NCBI GenBank assembly: GCA_905478415.1
Contig: CAJQIG010000001.1
Location: forward strand, 150,098-214,097
DNA: 64,000 nt
Reading direction: 5' to 3'
DNA from: an uncultured Patescibacteria group bacterium
Lineage (GTDB): Bacteria > Patescibacteriota > Microgenomatia > UBA1400 > PJMF01
Positions 18,769-27,925 of this stretch are shown one piece after another. The notes under the pieces were generated by a model. It did no database searches. It saw nothing but the letters and a program-made list of their open reading frames with translations, and was not told the origin of the DNA. The position numbers and the translations under genes were made by a program. Every line of letters starts with the position of its first letter. Within the stretch, counting starts at the first letter, position 1.

Positions 18769-20458
18769 CGCTTTTAAAACTATCGTCAGTATCCTTTTTA
18801 TTTCTTTTTGTGTTGTATTTGTAAATAAAGCACTCCTTGCTAATGTAGTGTATGAAAGTGACGACTACTTGCATCATGCAGCACGCACAGCCAACTACTA
18901 CTTAGCACTCCAACAAGGGCAATTTCCTGTTAGATGGGCTCCAAATTTAAATGAAAGTTATGGCTATCCATCATTTAACTACATGTACCACACCCCCTAT
19001 ATGGTTGGGAGTGTCTTTCACTTTTTAGGACTTTCAATACAACAAAGTCTTAATTTCTCCGTTTTATTTTCCCTCCTCATTGCAGCAGTCGGTTGCTGGT
19101 TGTTACTCAATTCTTATAAACTATCCTCTCTATGGAAAGTACTCTTAAGTCTTTTCTTCGTCTTAAATCCTTATACCTTACTTTCGGTGTATTGGAGGGG
19201 GGCTATTGGTGAACTTTATTTTTATGCGTTTGTACCACTTTTTTTACTCTGTGTAAGAAAACTCTTACAATCCAAGCTTTTTAAACAAACTTGGAAACTC
19301 TACTTTATCGCCTTGGTTATCTCAACCGGTTTATTAGTGCTATCCCATTTGCCGTCTATGATCTTGCTGGCTCCACTCCTACTCACCGTTCTGTATACAG
19401 AACACAGTGAGACACGTTCTCTTAAGATCTATATTTCACTCATAGTAGCAGGCATATTGGGGTTACTGCTTAGCTCCTGGTATTGGGTGCCAGCTTATTT
19501 TGAACAATGGATGATTGTATACCAAGATGGCACTTCGCTTTTACAACACACAAATCAATTTAGTTCACTCATAGCAATACTCGATATTCGAAGAAACTTT
19601 CTTAGTAGTGAATTTTTTTCAGGGGTAATTAACGTCGGTGGGGTATCACTCTTAGCAATTATTTTTGGGTTAGCTAACTCATTTTTTACTAAAAAAATAC
19701 TCCCGTGGCTAAGTTTGTTGTTGCTAGCTCTTTTTTTCATGCTCAATTATTCTGAAAATGTTTGGGATTCTGTCACCCTTCTGCAGTATGTTCAGTACCC
19801 ATGGAGAATGCTTTGGGTTATAACTATCTGTACTCTATTCATATGGATCCTTCTTTTGCGAGAAAAAAAAATAAGTCATCTCTATAAAAAAATAGCTTTT
19901 GGAGTAATTACATTTAGTGTCTTATTTTCTGTACAAGGTTATGTGGCAACTAAGGGTTCAACAACACGATCAGATTTTGAATGGTACCATACCTTCGCAA
20001 CAGGTTCTAGTTTTGATGAGCACCGACCCATTTGGTCAAAGCAACCTTATTACTTTCCTGAGGAATTGATTTTTGTATATGCAAGTGAATCTGCCACAAT
20101 TTCAAAAGAAAATAATAGGAAACTCATTCATTCTTTTTCTGAGTTACATCCAAGTATTACTTCATTTTCAGGCACAACCATGCAATATGGTATTGAGCCT
20201 GAGCAAGATATCATTGTTCTTCACAAACGCCTTTTTTACCCTGGCTGGGAGGCTTTTCTTGACGAAGAAAAAGTGGATTTTATTAAAAATATCCCCCAAT
20301 ATGAGGGGATTCTTGCAGTTGCAGTGCCAAACCGCAGGGCTTCTCTAGTAATCACTTTTACAGGTGCTACTACTCTAAGAAGAGTAGCAGAATATATTTC
20401 ACTGCTGACCCTTATTGGGTTGGCAACTTTCTTACTGTATCCGCTTAAAAGAAATTAA
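18728..20458 (+). CDS. uncharacterised GT-C-like polytopic membrane protein, GQFPVRW family (paralog 1 of 3)
   Basis: N-terminal loop HHAARTANYYLALQQGQFPVRWAPNLNESYGYPSFNYMYHTPYMVGS. About 12 TM helices. C-terminal soluble domain with FYPGWEAFLDEEKV motif, then a terminal TM helix. Confidence 0.6.
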   Translation: MELRSMNFLKLQSNAFKTIVSILFISFCVVFVNKALLANVVYESDDYLHHAARTANYYLALQQGQFPVRWAPNLNESYGYPSFNYMYHTPYMVGSVFHFLGLSIQQSLNFSVLFSLLIAAVGCWLLLNSYKLSSLWKVLLSLFFVLNPYTLLSVYWRGAIGELYFYAFVPLFLLCVRKLLQSKLFKQTWKLYFIALVISTGLLVLSHLPSMILLAPLLLTVLYTEHSETRSLKIYISLIVAGILGLLLSSWYWVPAYFEQWMIVYQDGTSLLQHTNQFSSLIAILDIRRNFLSSEFFSGVINVGGVSLLAIIFGLANSFFTKKILPWLSLLLLALFFMLNYSENVWDSVTLLQYVQYPWRMLWVITICTLFIWILLLREKKISHLYKKIAFGVITFSVLFSVQGYVATKGSTTRSDFEWYHTFATGSSFDEHRPIWSKQPYYFPEELIFVYASESATISKENNRKLIHSFSELHPSITSFSGTTMQYGIEPEQDIIVLHKRLFYPGWEAFLDEEKVDFIKNIPQYEGILAVAVPNRRASLVITFTGATTLRRVAEYISLLTLIGLATFLLYPLKRN

Positions 20459-22236
20459 TGTTTGCTGAAAAAAGTTTTACAAAAAGCTTCGTCACTCATT
20501 TTTTCAACCGCGAAAGTATTCTTTTTTACTGAGGGGTATGATTGCAAATCAAATTGACTACACAAAGCATCGTTATACAAAACAAAAATAGTACCACTAT
20601 CAATGAGTGATTTTATTTCTGTCACTTTATCTGAATCTGTTGGTGGCTCGCAGGGAGTCTTCGTTAAATGAACGAAGGTAGTAGTATTGTTCGCAACTTC
20701 GCTAATCGATTTAGGGCAGTTACTTAAAAGTGTTATCGAATTAATTTCAAAGTTCTTCGTTTGAGCCGCTGCCATCACTTGTTCTTTATTTTTAGCGGTG
20801 AGTAAGTGATTATAGGTAATCAAGTAATCAAAGGTAGCATCAGCACGATCTGGAATAATCAGTAACTCTGTATCCTTTGCTACCCGTTCGGCATAACTAG
20901 CTACGATACGCTCATAAAAACCAGTATGCGTGGTATGAGTAATTGGGTATCTAAAAAAGTAGATAAAGAAAAAAGGAAGTGTTGCACCCAAATAGATGAA
21001 AATAACTAAAGTTCTAACTCTTGGCTTTAAAGTTTTTAAAAACTGAGTAAACCCAATGCCCATCAGAAGGATCATACCTAAAAAGGTGAACGCTCCCCTG
21101 AAGATAATCCAAGGCAAACCCGTTCTAATGACATTTGGTACTGTCCCAATCACAATAAATACAGCAATGAAGATGACCATTTTGTAGTCTCTTTTTTTCG
21201 TGAATAGAAAAAGAAGACTGATGCTTACTACCAAAATATCTATCAAATGGAAGTAACCATAATCAAGAACGGTGAAAGTGTCAACAGCTCTATCTCCAGA
21301 AATAAATAGGCGTTTGGTATTGAATGAGTTCAAAAACCGCTCACTCAGGTCTTCAGCTAAAACAGTATACTTATTTACAAAAAGTGGGGTTAGGGGAGAA
21401 TTAAGAGTAAGCCGCCTTCTGGTATTTACTTCTGTTGCTAATACAGTTTCATCATAGAAAGAAAATTCTGAGATTCGTTCTCCAGAAGTTAAATGTGGTA
21501 ATCTGACCATATAGGTAACTGTCAACAACAATGAAAATAAAACTAGAATAAAACTAGAAATAACATTGGTATTCTTGAGTAGCTGTGAAAAGGTACTTTT
21601 TATTGAACTCCAAGAGTAGGCATCGAAGACGACATAGAGGAAAGAAATTCCGATCAATGGTACTAGTAATGGCTTATGACCTTGATACTGGAAAAATCCA
21701 AGGAACAGAGGGATCAAAGCCCAGAGTTTGCGCCATTTTTGTTGGTACAGTACTAGCACTATGGCCAAAGAATAAAAGACTACACTAAAAAGTGAATCGT
21801 ATCCCATTCTAGAAAATTGAAAAATCCAAGGGTTTAAGGTTGCGATGGTTGCAGTGGTAATAAAAACTAAAGGGTCTTTCTTAAGCTTATAAGCAATCAA
21901 AGCCAACAACACCGGAAGTAGGCTTCCCAGGAGGAGGGGGATGAATTTGCTTGCCAACACAGGATTGTTTGGAAACAAAATAAACCCGGGTACGAGCATC
22001 GTACTGGTGAGCTCAGTGTAAAAGGCATCTGATGGTTCCAGGTGCCAGGGACGCCAGTTCCCCGTTAGATCTGTGCCATAAGCAACAATACTCTGCGCTT
22101 CTGCAGCATAAATAATTTCGTCATAGGTAGCACCAGGTGGAGTTGAACCAATTGCAAAAAATTTTAGAAGTAGATTAAGACAAAGAAATCCAATAATTAA
22201 GTATTTGATTCTTGAAAGAATATTAGTTTGTACCAT
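20455..22236 (-). CDS. PMT/ArnT-like membrane glycosyltransferase (GT39/GT83-type)
   Basis: TM1 followed by STPPGATYDEIIYAAEAQSIVAYGTDLTGNWRPWHLEP, then NPWIFQFSRMGYDS. Stop overlaps the convergent stop of 18728..20458. Confidence 0.75.
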   Translation of the reverse strand: MVQTNILSRIKYLIIGFLCLNLLLKFFAIGSTPPGATYDEIIYAAEAQSIVAYGTDLTGNWRPWHLEPSDAFYTELTSTMLVPGFILFPNNPVLASKFIPLLLGSLLPVLLALIAYKLKKDPLVFITTATIATLNPWIFQFSRMGYDSLFSVVFYSLAIVLVLYQQKWRKLWALIPLFLGFFQYQGHKPLLVPLIGISFLYVVFDAYSWSSIKSTFSQLLKNTNVISSFILVLFSLLLTVTYMVRLPHLTSGERISEFSFYDETVLATEVNTRRRLTLNSPLTPLFVNKYTVLAEDLSERFLNSFNTKRLFISGDRAVDTFTVLDYGYFHLIDILVVSISLLFLFTKKRDYKMVIFIAVFIVIGTVPNVIRTGLPWIIFRGAFTFLGMILLMGIGFTQFLKTLKPRVRTLVIFIYLGATLPFFFIYFFRYPITHTTHTGFYERIVASYAERVAKDTELLIIPDRADATFDYLITYNHLLTAKNKEQVMAAAQTKNFEINSITLLSNCPKSISEVANNTTTFVHLTKTPCEPPTDSDKVTEIKSLIDSGTIFVLYNDALCSQFDLQSYPSVKKNTFAVEKMSDEAFCKTFFSKH

Positions 22237-23704
22237 ACCAGATGACTTTCCATTCTGAATCCTCTATCTCAAAAATATCTCGAAGACCTTTATCTTTGAA
22301 TGCAACCATGGCATATGATTTGTCTTCTCTTAGTTCTTCATCAGTTGCGGTAGTAATCACAAAAAGGTGTTCTGAAGCATCATACTCACTCGCTGCTCTC
22401 AGGCCTGTATTTTTCATTCTAATATAGTCTCGATATCGTTCTGCTAAAGGAGCGTCATCGTGACTCGCGAGTGCAGCCACATTCGCATTATTTAACTTTT
22501 CTTCTTTAATTGTAGTAATAATTACTTGGCTAGCTTTTGTAAAAACCCGCATGCTTGGAGGCACTTCAGAAATGGTTAACTGAGATTTTATCGTTAGCAG
22601 TGATCCTAGAATCATAATGAAAAAAATTATATTACTCAGTGCTGTATTGATTCGCTCTTTTCGAGGAATAAGTAGCCAAACAAAAAGAAAGGCTAAGCTC
22701 GAAAACACATACCGAATTTGAAAATCATCTAATATTATCCCACCGAGAATAATTGATGTAGCTGGAATAAACCAAGTCATTGTTCGGTAAAAATACTTTT
22801 TATATTCAAGTAAAAATAATGAGACTATAGAAGTTCCCAATAATAACTGTAAAAACGAGTTTTGTACAAAGGCTGATAGATATACTGAGACATTTCGTTT
22901 TAAGTGGTCAACAATCAAACCTATGCTCATCTGAGACTCAACATGGGGGGTACTTCCACCAGTTAAGTACCTCCCGAAGAAGAGACCGGGTGGATTTTTG
23001 AGATCAAAAAGAACAAAAATGAGATGTGGCAATAGATAACCTACTACCAATAATAGTACTGACTTATAGTTTCTCTTTCGTAACATTGGAAGTGAAATGA
23101 ACAAGAGAAACGGAGCTGTAGTGATCAGTGCCACATAATGATGGTGGAACATTGCTCCTAATGCTATCCCAATACTCAAGTATGCTATCGAACCTATTCG
23201 CTTTCTATACTGATATATCAATAGTGCCAACGATGCCCAAAAAACAACAAAGTGAGGATTCCAAGCCCAACGACTCATTAAAACCAGTGGGAACCAAACA
23301 CTAATCAATACTGCAGCCATACCACTCTTTTTTATATCAATTGATCGAGCTAGGAGGAATAAGAACACTGCTGTCAAAACACCTAAAAAAGCCATTCCAT
23401 ACACTGGAGATACAGGGGTAAAGTCATAGGCTATGGCGAATGGCATAACTAAGTAGTAACTCAAAGAACTAAAAACTTTACTTCGATCATTAGAGATAGG
23501 ACCAATCAATGAGATTTGCTTGTTCTTATAGTACTGCTCCATTCTGGCTAAATCACTTGATTCATCTTGAGTAAAACGAGCCGTACCTTCCAAGTTATAA
23601 AAGCGAGTGAAAATAACAGCTAGTAAGAAAAGAAACAGAAAAAATCTTGTCCTTCTTGAGGTGTTCTTGAGTGCCAGCAAGCATTTTTGAATAAGTCTCT
23701 TCAT
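22223..23704 (-). CDS. PMT/ArnT-like membrane glycosyltransferase (GT39/GT83-type)
   Basis: TM1 followed by EGTARFTQDESSDLARMEQY, then SRWAWNPHFVVFWAS. Overlaps the downstream gene by 14 nt. Confidence 0.7.
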   Translation of the reverse strand: MKRLIQKCLLALKNTSRRTRFFLFLFLLAVIFTRFYNLEGTARFTQDESSDLARMEQYYKNKQISLIGPISNDRSKVFSSLSYYLVMPFAIAYDFTPVSPVYGMAFLGVLTAVFLFLLARSIDIKKSGMAAVLISVWFPLVLMSRWAWNPHFVVFWASLALLIYQYRKRIGSIAYLSIGIALGAMFHHHYVALITTAPFLLFISLPMLRKRNYKSVLLLVVGYLLPHLIFVLFDLKNPPGLFFGRYLTGGSTPHVESQMSIGLIVDHLKRNVSVYLSAFVQNSFLQLLLGTSIVSLFLLEYKKYFYRTMTWFIPATSIILGGIILDDFQIRYVFSSLAFLFVWLLIPRKERINTALSNIIFFIMILGSLLTIKSQLTISEVPPSMRVFTKASQVIITTIKEEKLNNANVAALASHDDAPLAERYRDYIRMKNTGLRAASEYDASEHLFVITTATDEELREDKSYAMVAFKDKGLRDIFEIEDSEWKVIWYGTN

Positions 23705-23728
23705 GTAACTACTCTATCTTTCCATGGG

Positions 23729-24295
23729 TCATAGTGTCAATTGGGTGACGTTATACCACTGTTGATTTTTAATAAGTTCTCTCTCTTTAGACGTATAGTC
23801 AAACATGCCGTTCACTCGTTGCATTTCTTCTGTAGAAGTGATGAACACGAACAAGTACTGCGATTGGTTTATTTTAGTTAGAATAAAAGAGTCACTTTCT
23901 AAAAGAATTTCACCTGTACTAGCAGCTTTAAATTCATTCAATCTTACCCTTGTATCACCTAGTAAAAGGCCATCCATGCTTGTTAAGTATTCCGATGTAT
24001 AGAAAAGAAGTGGCGTGCTCTCTTCTTCTAAAGAAGTAATTCTAAAAGTGGTGAAAAAATCAGTATTTTTTTCTTCACGAGTAAAAGCACCTGGGCTAAA
24101 ACGTTCACGAAATTGCCAATACACTTCTGGATCTAAACCGTTTGTCTTTAGTTGGGTTTGAAACTCAGTAAAGAGCTTTGTTCTATACCAAGTTGAATAT
24201 TGAGCCTTTACATCTGGGTGCCTCAAAAAAGCAATCGTGAGAATTAAGAACGTAAGTACTATCAAAAAAAGTGTATTTGAAGACTTTTTATTCAT
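23729..24295 (-). CDS. hypothetical membrane-anchored (signal-anchor) protein
   Basis: MNKKSSNTLFLIVLTFLILTIAFL is an N-terminal TM helix. The rest is hydrophilic with no motif. Confidence 0.5.
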   Translation of the reverse strand: MNKKSSNTLFLIVLTFLILTIAFLRHPDVKAQYSTWYRTKLFTEFQTQLKTNGLDPEVYWQFRERFSPGAFTREEKNTDFFTTFRITSLEEESTPLLFYTSEYLTSMDGLLLGDTRVRLNEFKAASTGEILLESDSFILTKINQSQYLFVFITSTEEMQRVNGMFDYTSKERELIKNQQWYNVTQLTL

Positions 24296-24333
24296 ACATT
24301 CATTATAGCACTTTTCTACTGTATACTTGAGCT

Positions 24334-25998
24334 ATGAAGTTAGATAAAAGACTGATTCTTTGTATGTTAGTGCTCCTGGCACTGATAAGTGTGGCTGATT
24401 TACTGATCCGACCGGGACACCCCGTAACTTTTGATGGCCATATTCATATGACTACCATGAATCAATTCGCACAAAGCCTTGCTGACGGTGAATTTCCTGT
24501 TACCTGGTCAAATAACTTTGCCAACTTTGGACTTCCTCTGCCACTGTTTGCTCATCAACTGCCTGCCTACTTAGGTGCTGTGCTCATTCTACTTGGAGCT
24601 TCTACAGAAACCGCGTACACAGTGCTTGTTACTTTTTCACTTATCGGGGCCACGATTTTATTTTATGTTTTTTTTCGAAAATATGCAAACCAATTAGTCT
24701 CGCTTACTGCAACAGGTATAGCAACATTTTTTCCTTATCGAGCTTTAAACATTTACACTAGAGGAGCTCTTCCAGAAATCATGAGCACGTTATTCTTGCC
24801 AATAGTATTCCTAAGTATTTGGAATCTGCAACATAAGAAGTATCATCTTGCCTTGGGACTGCTATTTATGAGCACACTAGGAATTGCGCTAACGCACCCA
24901 ATGATGCTGCTGATCTTTTTTATACCACTCTCACTCTATTTTTTAAGTGGCCTTGATAAAAGAACTGCCTTAAAACAAGTAGTTATAGCAGCCAGTAGTG
25001 TAGGCTTAGCATTACTGGCTGCAAGCTACTACCTTCTCCCACTTTTTTTAGAAATGAAGTATTTCTATCAAGCAAATATTCAGTCAAGTATTGTAAATGA
25101 TGGTTTTCTATCACTCACTCAACTCTATAGTACACAATGGTTTTACACCTTCACACACCCTGGCCCTAGAGGAAACTTTATTAAACTAGGTCTCTTTGAG
25201 CTCAGTATCTTTATAGCTAGTCTCATAGTACTTTTTTTATCTCAAGTAGATCCAATAAAGAAATATGTTAAAAAGAAAGCACTACCCGAGTTGAAAACTT
25301 GGATTGCCATGTCAGTTATGAGCCTGCTCTTATTACTACCAGTAACCAAACTCCTCTACACTTTGCCGCTCGTAGATAAAATTCAGTATCCATGGAGGTT
25401 TTTAAATGTCTTACAATTCTTATTACCTGGTCTTTTTGTGATGCTAACACAAGCAGTTCCAAAACTTCAAAATAAAATTGTATTAGTAACACTCCTAGCA
25501 CTCGTTCTTTGGCTTAGAGTACCAGAGTTTTATGGAAAAAATTATATTGTTCAACCGGAATCAGATTATGCCTTTACTACAGCCAACTTGCACAGTCTTA
25601 ATATGAACCCTGTCTGGACAGGAAACAGTGAGGAATACCCAACAAAAGAAGTACAAGCTGAAATTATTGAGGGAACTGGAACTTTAGAAATCAGCACAGC
25701 TAAAAATGCCAGTAGAGAGTACCAAATAGACTCTGAAACTGAGATTAGAATGATAGATTACACCTTCTACTTCCCTGGGTGGAACGTTTTTGTAGACGGA
25801 AATCCAGTTGAGATTGAATACCAAGATACTAGGTATCGTGGGCTGATTACCTATCGGGTCCCAGCGGGAAAACATACTTTAAGTGTTATCTATAGTCCAA
25901 CAAGAATACGACTTTTGAGTGGCGTCCTTTCAGGACTTGGCCTCTTTATATTTGGACTTCTCTCTATTGTAACTAAAAAAAAGAAGCTATTGCTCTAA
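24334..25998 (+). CDS. uncharacterised GT-C-like polytopic membrane protein, GQFPVRW family (paralog 2 of 3)
   Basis: N-terminal loop HIHMTTMNQFAQSLADGEFPVTWSNNFANFGLPLPLFAHQLPAYLGAV. C-terminal FYFPGWNVFVDGNPVEIEY...VPAGKHTL plus a terminal TM. Collinear with 18728..20458 and 38878..40620. Confidence 0.6.
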   Translation: MKLDKRLILCMLVLLALISVADLLIRPGHPVTFDGHIHMTTMNQFAQSLADGEFPVTWSNNFANFGLPLPLFAHQLPAYLGAVLILLGASTETAYTVLVTFSLIGATILFYVFFRKYANQLVSLTATGIATFFPYRALNIYTRGALPEIMSTLFLPIVFLSIWNLQHKKYHLALGLLFMSTLGIALTHPMMLLIFFIPLSLYFLSGLDKRTALKQVVIAASSVGLALLAASYYLLPLFLEMKYFYQANIQSSIVNDGFLSLTQLYSTQWFYTFTHPGPRGNFIKLGLFELSIFIASLIVLFLSQVDPIKKYVKKKALPELKTWIAMSVMSLLLLLPVTKLLYTLPLVDKIQYPWRFLNVLQFLLPGLFVMLTQAVPKLQNKIVLVTLLALVLWLRVPEFYGKNYIVQPESDYAFTTANLHSLNMNPVWTGNSEEYPTKEVQAEIIEGTGTLEISTAKNASREYQIDSETEIRMIDYTFYFPGWNVFVDGNPVEIEYQDTRYRGLITYRVPAGKHTLSVIYSPTRIRLLSGVLSGLGLFIFGLLSIVTKKKKLLL

Positions 25999-27924
25999 AG
26001 TAATAGCCGTAATTGATCCATATTTTTCGCCTGTTATTTGCAACATTTTGAGCACTTTATCTGTTAATGAAGCATCTGTACAAATAATTTTCGTCACTCT
26101 ATCTTTTTCAAGTAGTTCTGTAAAATCCGCGACGTTATTTTGATCAATGATTTCAGCTACTCGCTTTGCTTTTGACTGATCACTTCCAACCAATGTTAGC
26201 TGAGAAGGGTTTGCAACATAGACTTCTGCTGGAGTTATAGCTTTCACTAGAGCAGATTTATACAAGGTGCTTCCTTCTGGGCAAATAAGTACATGATCAC
26301 TAGCAGATAATGAGCGTAAGTACTGAACTTCTTCAGCTGGCAGTACATAAGGTGATCTATTTTTATCTACTATTGTTTTTACGCTTGTAGGTATCGCTAA
26401 AACAAAAAGAAGCAGGGAGACAAAAACTACTGTAAGAGTTGATTTGTTCTTAAGTAGTTCCGAAATAAAAAGTGCAACCAAAACGTTGGCAAAAATCAAA
26501 GCATAGTACCAAAATTGAATAGAGTTCCAAACGGTCCCTCTCTGTAGAAACAATAAAGGAAACACAGAACTAAATAAGAAGCCAAAAAAAACATAACTCA
26601 ATACGGGATTGTTTGAAAAAAACTTTTTTCTGATTATAGCTAAGATGGGTAAACCGAGAAAGAAAGATCGAATGCCTAAATTACCAAGATAAAAGACTGC
26701 TAACTTTCTAGCTTCAAGAAAATATAGACGTAGCCAATTCTTCTTCCAAAGGTAGTGATCCTGCAAAAACTTCCATTCTAAATAATTTACTCTGTCTGGA
26801 CTCTCAATCATTGTATTCGTAAACCAGAGCGGTTCATAAAAGAACGAGTTCCCTTTAAAACGGGTAATTAACCATACTAAGGGGACAGAAAGAGTCACAT
26901 AGAAAATACCCGTTAGAATAGTTCTTAGTGACTTTTTTGTAATAAGCTCTACAAGTAAAAAGACTCCATAAATTGCAGTCAAAAGTACCCAAGCATAACT
27001 TTTAAAACCAATACTTGTGGCTGCTAATAAACTAAGTACTATATGGAACTTTAAGGCATCACTTTTTTTCAATTGTATGTTGCTTATTAAGTGAAGAATG
27101 AAAATAAAGATATAAGTAATACCCAACGTGTAAATGACCTGAGGATTAACCATCATTACCAGTGTTTGGCTAACCCAAAAACTAGACTCATGCCAAGCCC
27201 TTCCAGGAATAAATAGTGGAATCAAATAAGCAAAACTTCCCGAAAAAACAGTAAAGGTTGTTAAATAATAAGCTGCCAATACTCCATGCATTCTTTTCCC
27301 TAGCACAAAGGCTGCTGAAGATATAAAGACTCCTAAGAAAACTACGGAATACTGATAGTATAAAGTAAAAAGAGAAATGCGAGAGAAATAGGTGAGGCTT
27401 GCTAAAAAGAGATCATAAAAATAGTGATAACTATTTAATAAAATACTCGGATCAGATGGATGTTTGGGTGGAACTGAGGTAAGTAAATTTTCAACCAAAC
27501 TAATGTGCCAAACACTATCGTGAACTTCTTGCAAACGGAGGGAACCATCTCTAGTTGCACCACTAAAACCAATAGTACTCGCAAGTACTAAAGTACATAC
27601 AAGAAAAAACCCCACAAGCAACTTGTTTTTAAAAACCTGCTTCTTAACAGACTTTAGATACTTAAAAAATTGTTTGAAGTTAGTCAGGCTCAGGGCACCT
27701 GTTAACACTAGTGTCCAGTAGGTATTGGTGCTAATAAATTGCCCTAAAAGAGCCATAACACTGACTACTAGAGAGATACTTATCGCAGTAGCCAGTACTC
27801 CTCTTTCAAGTAGTGAAAGTGTGATTTTTAGATTGAGTTTAGAAAGTAGCCAGAGTCCAAATCCAAAATATGAAATCAAGAAAATGATAAGGGTCATTAG
27901 AAAAGTCATGAAAGTAACTACCAT
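25987..27924 (-). CDS. large polytopic membrane protein (~14 TM) with C-terminal soluble domain, putative GT-C-like
   Basis: 645-aa ORF with extensive hydrophobic helices and a C-terminal ~150 aa hydrophilic domain. No catalytic motif recognised. Convergent overlap (12 nt) with 24334..25998. Confidence 0.45.
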   Translation of the reverse strand: MVVTFMTFLMTLIIFLISYFGFGLWLLSKLNLKITLSLLERGVLATAISISLVVSVMALLGQFISTNTYWTLVLTGALSLTNFKQFFKYLKSVKKQVFKNKLLVGFFLVCTLVLASTIGFSGATRDGSLRLQEVHDSVWHISLVENLLTSVPPKHPSDPSILLNSYHYFYDLFLASLTYFSRISLFTLYYQYSVVFLGVFISSAAFVLGKRMHGVLAAYYLTTFTVFSGSFAYLIPLFIPGRAWHESSFWVSQTLVMMVNPQVIYTLGITYIFIFILHLISNIQLKKSDALKFHIVLSLLAATSIGFKSYAWVLLTAIYGVFLLVELITKKSLRTILTGIFYVTLSVPLVWLITRFKGNSFFYEPLWFTNTMIESPDRVNYLEWKFLQDHYLWKKNWLRLYFLEARKLAVFYLGNLGIRSFFLGLPILAIIRKKFFSNNPVLSYVFFGFLFSSVFPLLFLQRGTVWNSIQFWYYALIFANVLVALFISELLKNKSTLTVVFVSLLLFVLAIPTSVKTIVDKNRSPYVLPAEEVQYLRSLSASDHVLICPEGSTLYKSALVKAITPAEVYVANPSQLTLVGSDQSKAKRVAEIIDQNNVADFTELLEKDRVTKIICTDASLTDKVLKMLQITGEKYGSITAITLEQ

Positions 27925-27925
27925 A

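Noticed and set aside
18728-20458. Assigning the GQFPVRW paralogs to the YYY-motif (Chlor_Arch_YYY) or YfhO families by name
   Set aside because: Only a weak KYYYDN/PYYF resemblance was seen in two of the three. I cannot verify the family assignment without an HMM search, so they are reported as an uncharacterised GT-C-like family.
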